Source: Podarcis vaucheri
Taxonomy: Eukaryota
Assembly (NCBI GenBank): GCA_965113315.1
Contig: OZ220368.1
Length of the DNA: 64,000 nucleotides
Strand: one strand, 5' to 3'
In this document: positions 62,001-64,000 of the stretch, in pieces
Numbering within the stretch: position 1 is the first letter of the stretch
How the letters are laid out: each line of letters starts with the position of its first letter
Position numbers and translations under genes: made by a program
The notes under the pieces: model-generated
Databases searched by the model: none
What the model saw: the letters and a program-made list of their open reading frames with translations, nothing else
Told to the model about the DNA's origin: nothing

Positions 62001-64000
62001 ATTGTATTCAAATAAGCTTCACTCAGAGTTGACCCATTGAAATGTATGGACCTAACTGAGTCATGTTCATTAATTTAAATTATTAAATTGAAACTTAATT
62101 GACTACCAGCTTAGGGATCCAACTAACAAATCTGGAGGGAGATCACACAAGAAAAATCACTGTTGTGGCAAAGGAAATGTTGGGAACATTCTCCATTTCT
62201 CTTGGACTTTCCACTGTGATCGGTCCATCAGCTTTACATGCCCATGAAGTTTCCCTTGGAAGGTTAGGCTGGGCACAGACATTCTGGGGGCTGCATGGTT
62301 ACAGATTAAGAACAGCAAGTTTGCATCTCCTTTTCATTCTCTGCCCCTTGTCTTAATGTGTTGTGAAACCAGTTGCATGACACAACACTGCCACTCTGAG
62401 TTTCACAGCCTCCATAAGTGGCAGCCAATGAAGTGAAGCCAGAGTGGGGAAATGCTCAGAGTGCTGGTGCATATTGAATTGCTAAACAACATGGGGAGAG
62501 AGGAGGAGCTTTGGGGATGCAGAACTAGTCTCAAAGACAAACATGTTTAATAGTTGGCTTAATCTTGGTGTTTGCACTGTTGGAAGGGAAAGAAAATATT
62601 GAGGATGCGAATGTTAGTGTGCTAACATCAAACAGGGGGATCTTTTTTTTCAAATGGAGGAGAATGGTTTCTTAAGATTGCCAACATACCTAAAATTAAC
62701 TCATTTTTTAAAACTTGTCTCTTCTGTAAGTAGCAAAAGGTACCTTTAAAATCTAGAGGAAATGATTAATAGGACAGAAGGAACTCTGATGAGAAAAAAA
62801 TGGAACATTTCCTGTCTTTGGAGGCCACATTAAATGGCGTCTTATTGTGTTTTTATATTTTGCTGGAAGCTGCCTGGAGTGGCTGGGGAAAGCCAGTCAG
62901 GTGGGTGGCATATAAATAATAAAATTAATACTCTTATTAAATGAGGTTGGGGCTAAACGTTGCCCACTTGAACTATAAATGGATGCTGAGCCCCATCCTC
63001 CAATTCCCTTCCATTTTAGCCAAATCATGGCACACCTTGCATCTTTCAAAACTGTAGCAGGAGGGGGGAGCAGTCATCAACATAAAAAAATAATAATATG
63101 GGTCCCTTCTGTTCTCGTCCCCCCTCCGATATTTCAAACAACAGGCTCCCATTTATAAATTAATTTTAAAAAAATACATCCTATGTTTCCTTCTGAATAT
63201 AAGCAAACAAATACTCCCTAAAAAAACCAAAACACTTTCTCAGTTTTTGGGCTGTCTTTTGCAAGAGGGGATGATATTATGCAGTCTTTGCATACTTGTA
63301 AAAAAAAAAAAAAGATGGAAAAGAAAAGCCAGTGATAGAAATATTGTTACCTTGATGGCTGTCATAATGACTTTGGGTTGCGGATAGAGAGTGACACATT
63401 TAAATGGATAGATAATATGATAGTAGGAGAGGGGGAATATTCCTGAGATTTTTATAAAAACTGGGCAGCAAGCTGAACTCAATGGCAGGAAGGACTAGTC
63501 TGCAGTCATTTGGTTCCCTGCTCAAGCATCTAAACCAAAGAGTTAGTCATTTATCAATCATACAGTCATTCTTTCTAATGACTTGCATAGGAACAGAGAT
63601 TAAAATGCCTTCTGTAGCAACGAGAGCCGAAATGGGATTTTAATCTACCCTGCTATGGGGTGATTATATTGGGAAGGGCATTTGCAGGGAGAGCTCTCTT
63701 CTTGTTAGTGGCCCATAATTGACTTTCCCAGGCAATAGTCAGTCCCAGCCAGGCCTGTGGATTAATGAAAAATGGTCTTTTCCATTTTTCATTTTCTACG
63801 TCGCTCTCTTAATGCGGTAAATAAACCAATGCTGCTGGCGCTGTGTGCGCCTGAAGTCTCCTTTCCAGAGGGCTGATTTATCTACCTTTTTTATTTTCCA
63901 TCATTAATCTGCCCTCCTTACTTCAGTGGTAATCCCATCTGTCATGTAGAGAGAGATGTTAAGAGCTGGAAACCTAATCCCAATATGGCTTTCATTCTCT

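Noticed and set aside
1-64000. Most 60-145 aa ORFs in the track
   Set aside because: No recognisable domains; many start at TTG/GTG or lie in SINEs, MITEs or antisense to LINEs; expected by chance

Overview
Vertebrate nuclear DNA from a squamate reptile, probably a lacertid-type lizard. This is inferred from Sauria SINEs with (ACCTTT)n tails, BovB, CR1 with (ATTCTATG)n tails, squamate L2 3' ends and tRNA/CR1 SINEs. There are two assembly gaps (4541-4740, 58829-59008). The window is mostly intronic or intergenic and rich in TEs: CR1, BovB, L1, L2, Sauria SINE, tRNA-CR1 SINEs, TA-flanked Tc1/mariner MITEs, hAT MITEs and a probable solo LTR. Almost all ORF-track entries are chance ORFs or TE-derived. 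The only long ORF (460 aa, 22254-23636) is an in-frame BovB/L1 chimera created by a nested insertion. Manual splice-site reading suggests a + strand protein-coding gene built from small exons and missed by the ORF track, with a phase-consistent 3' exon chain ending at a TGA at 47979-47981; I could not name the gene. Other points of interest are CR1-tailed SINEs carrying three different tRNA heads (Lys, Ile, Asn), a five-element nested TE cluster, and a MITE with an internal 24-bp tandem array. I see no prokaryote-type system such as CRISPR or operons.
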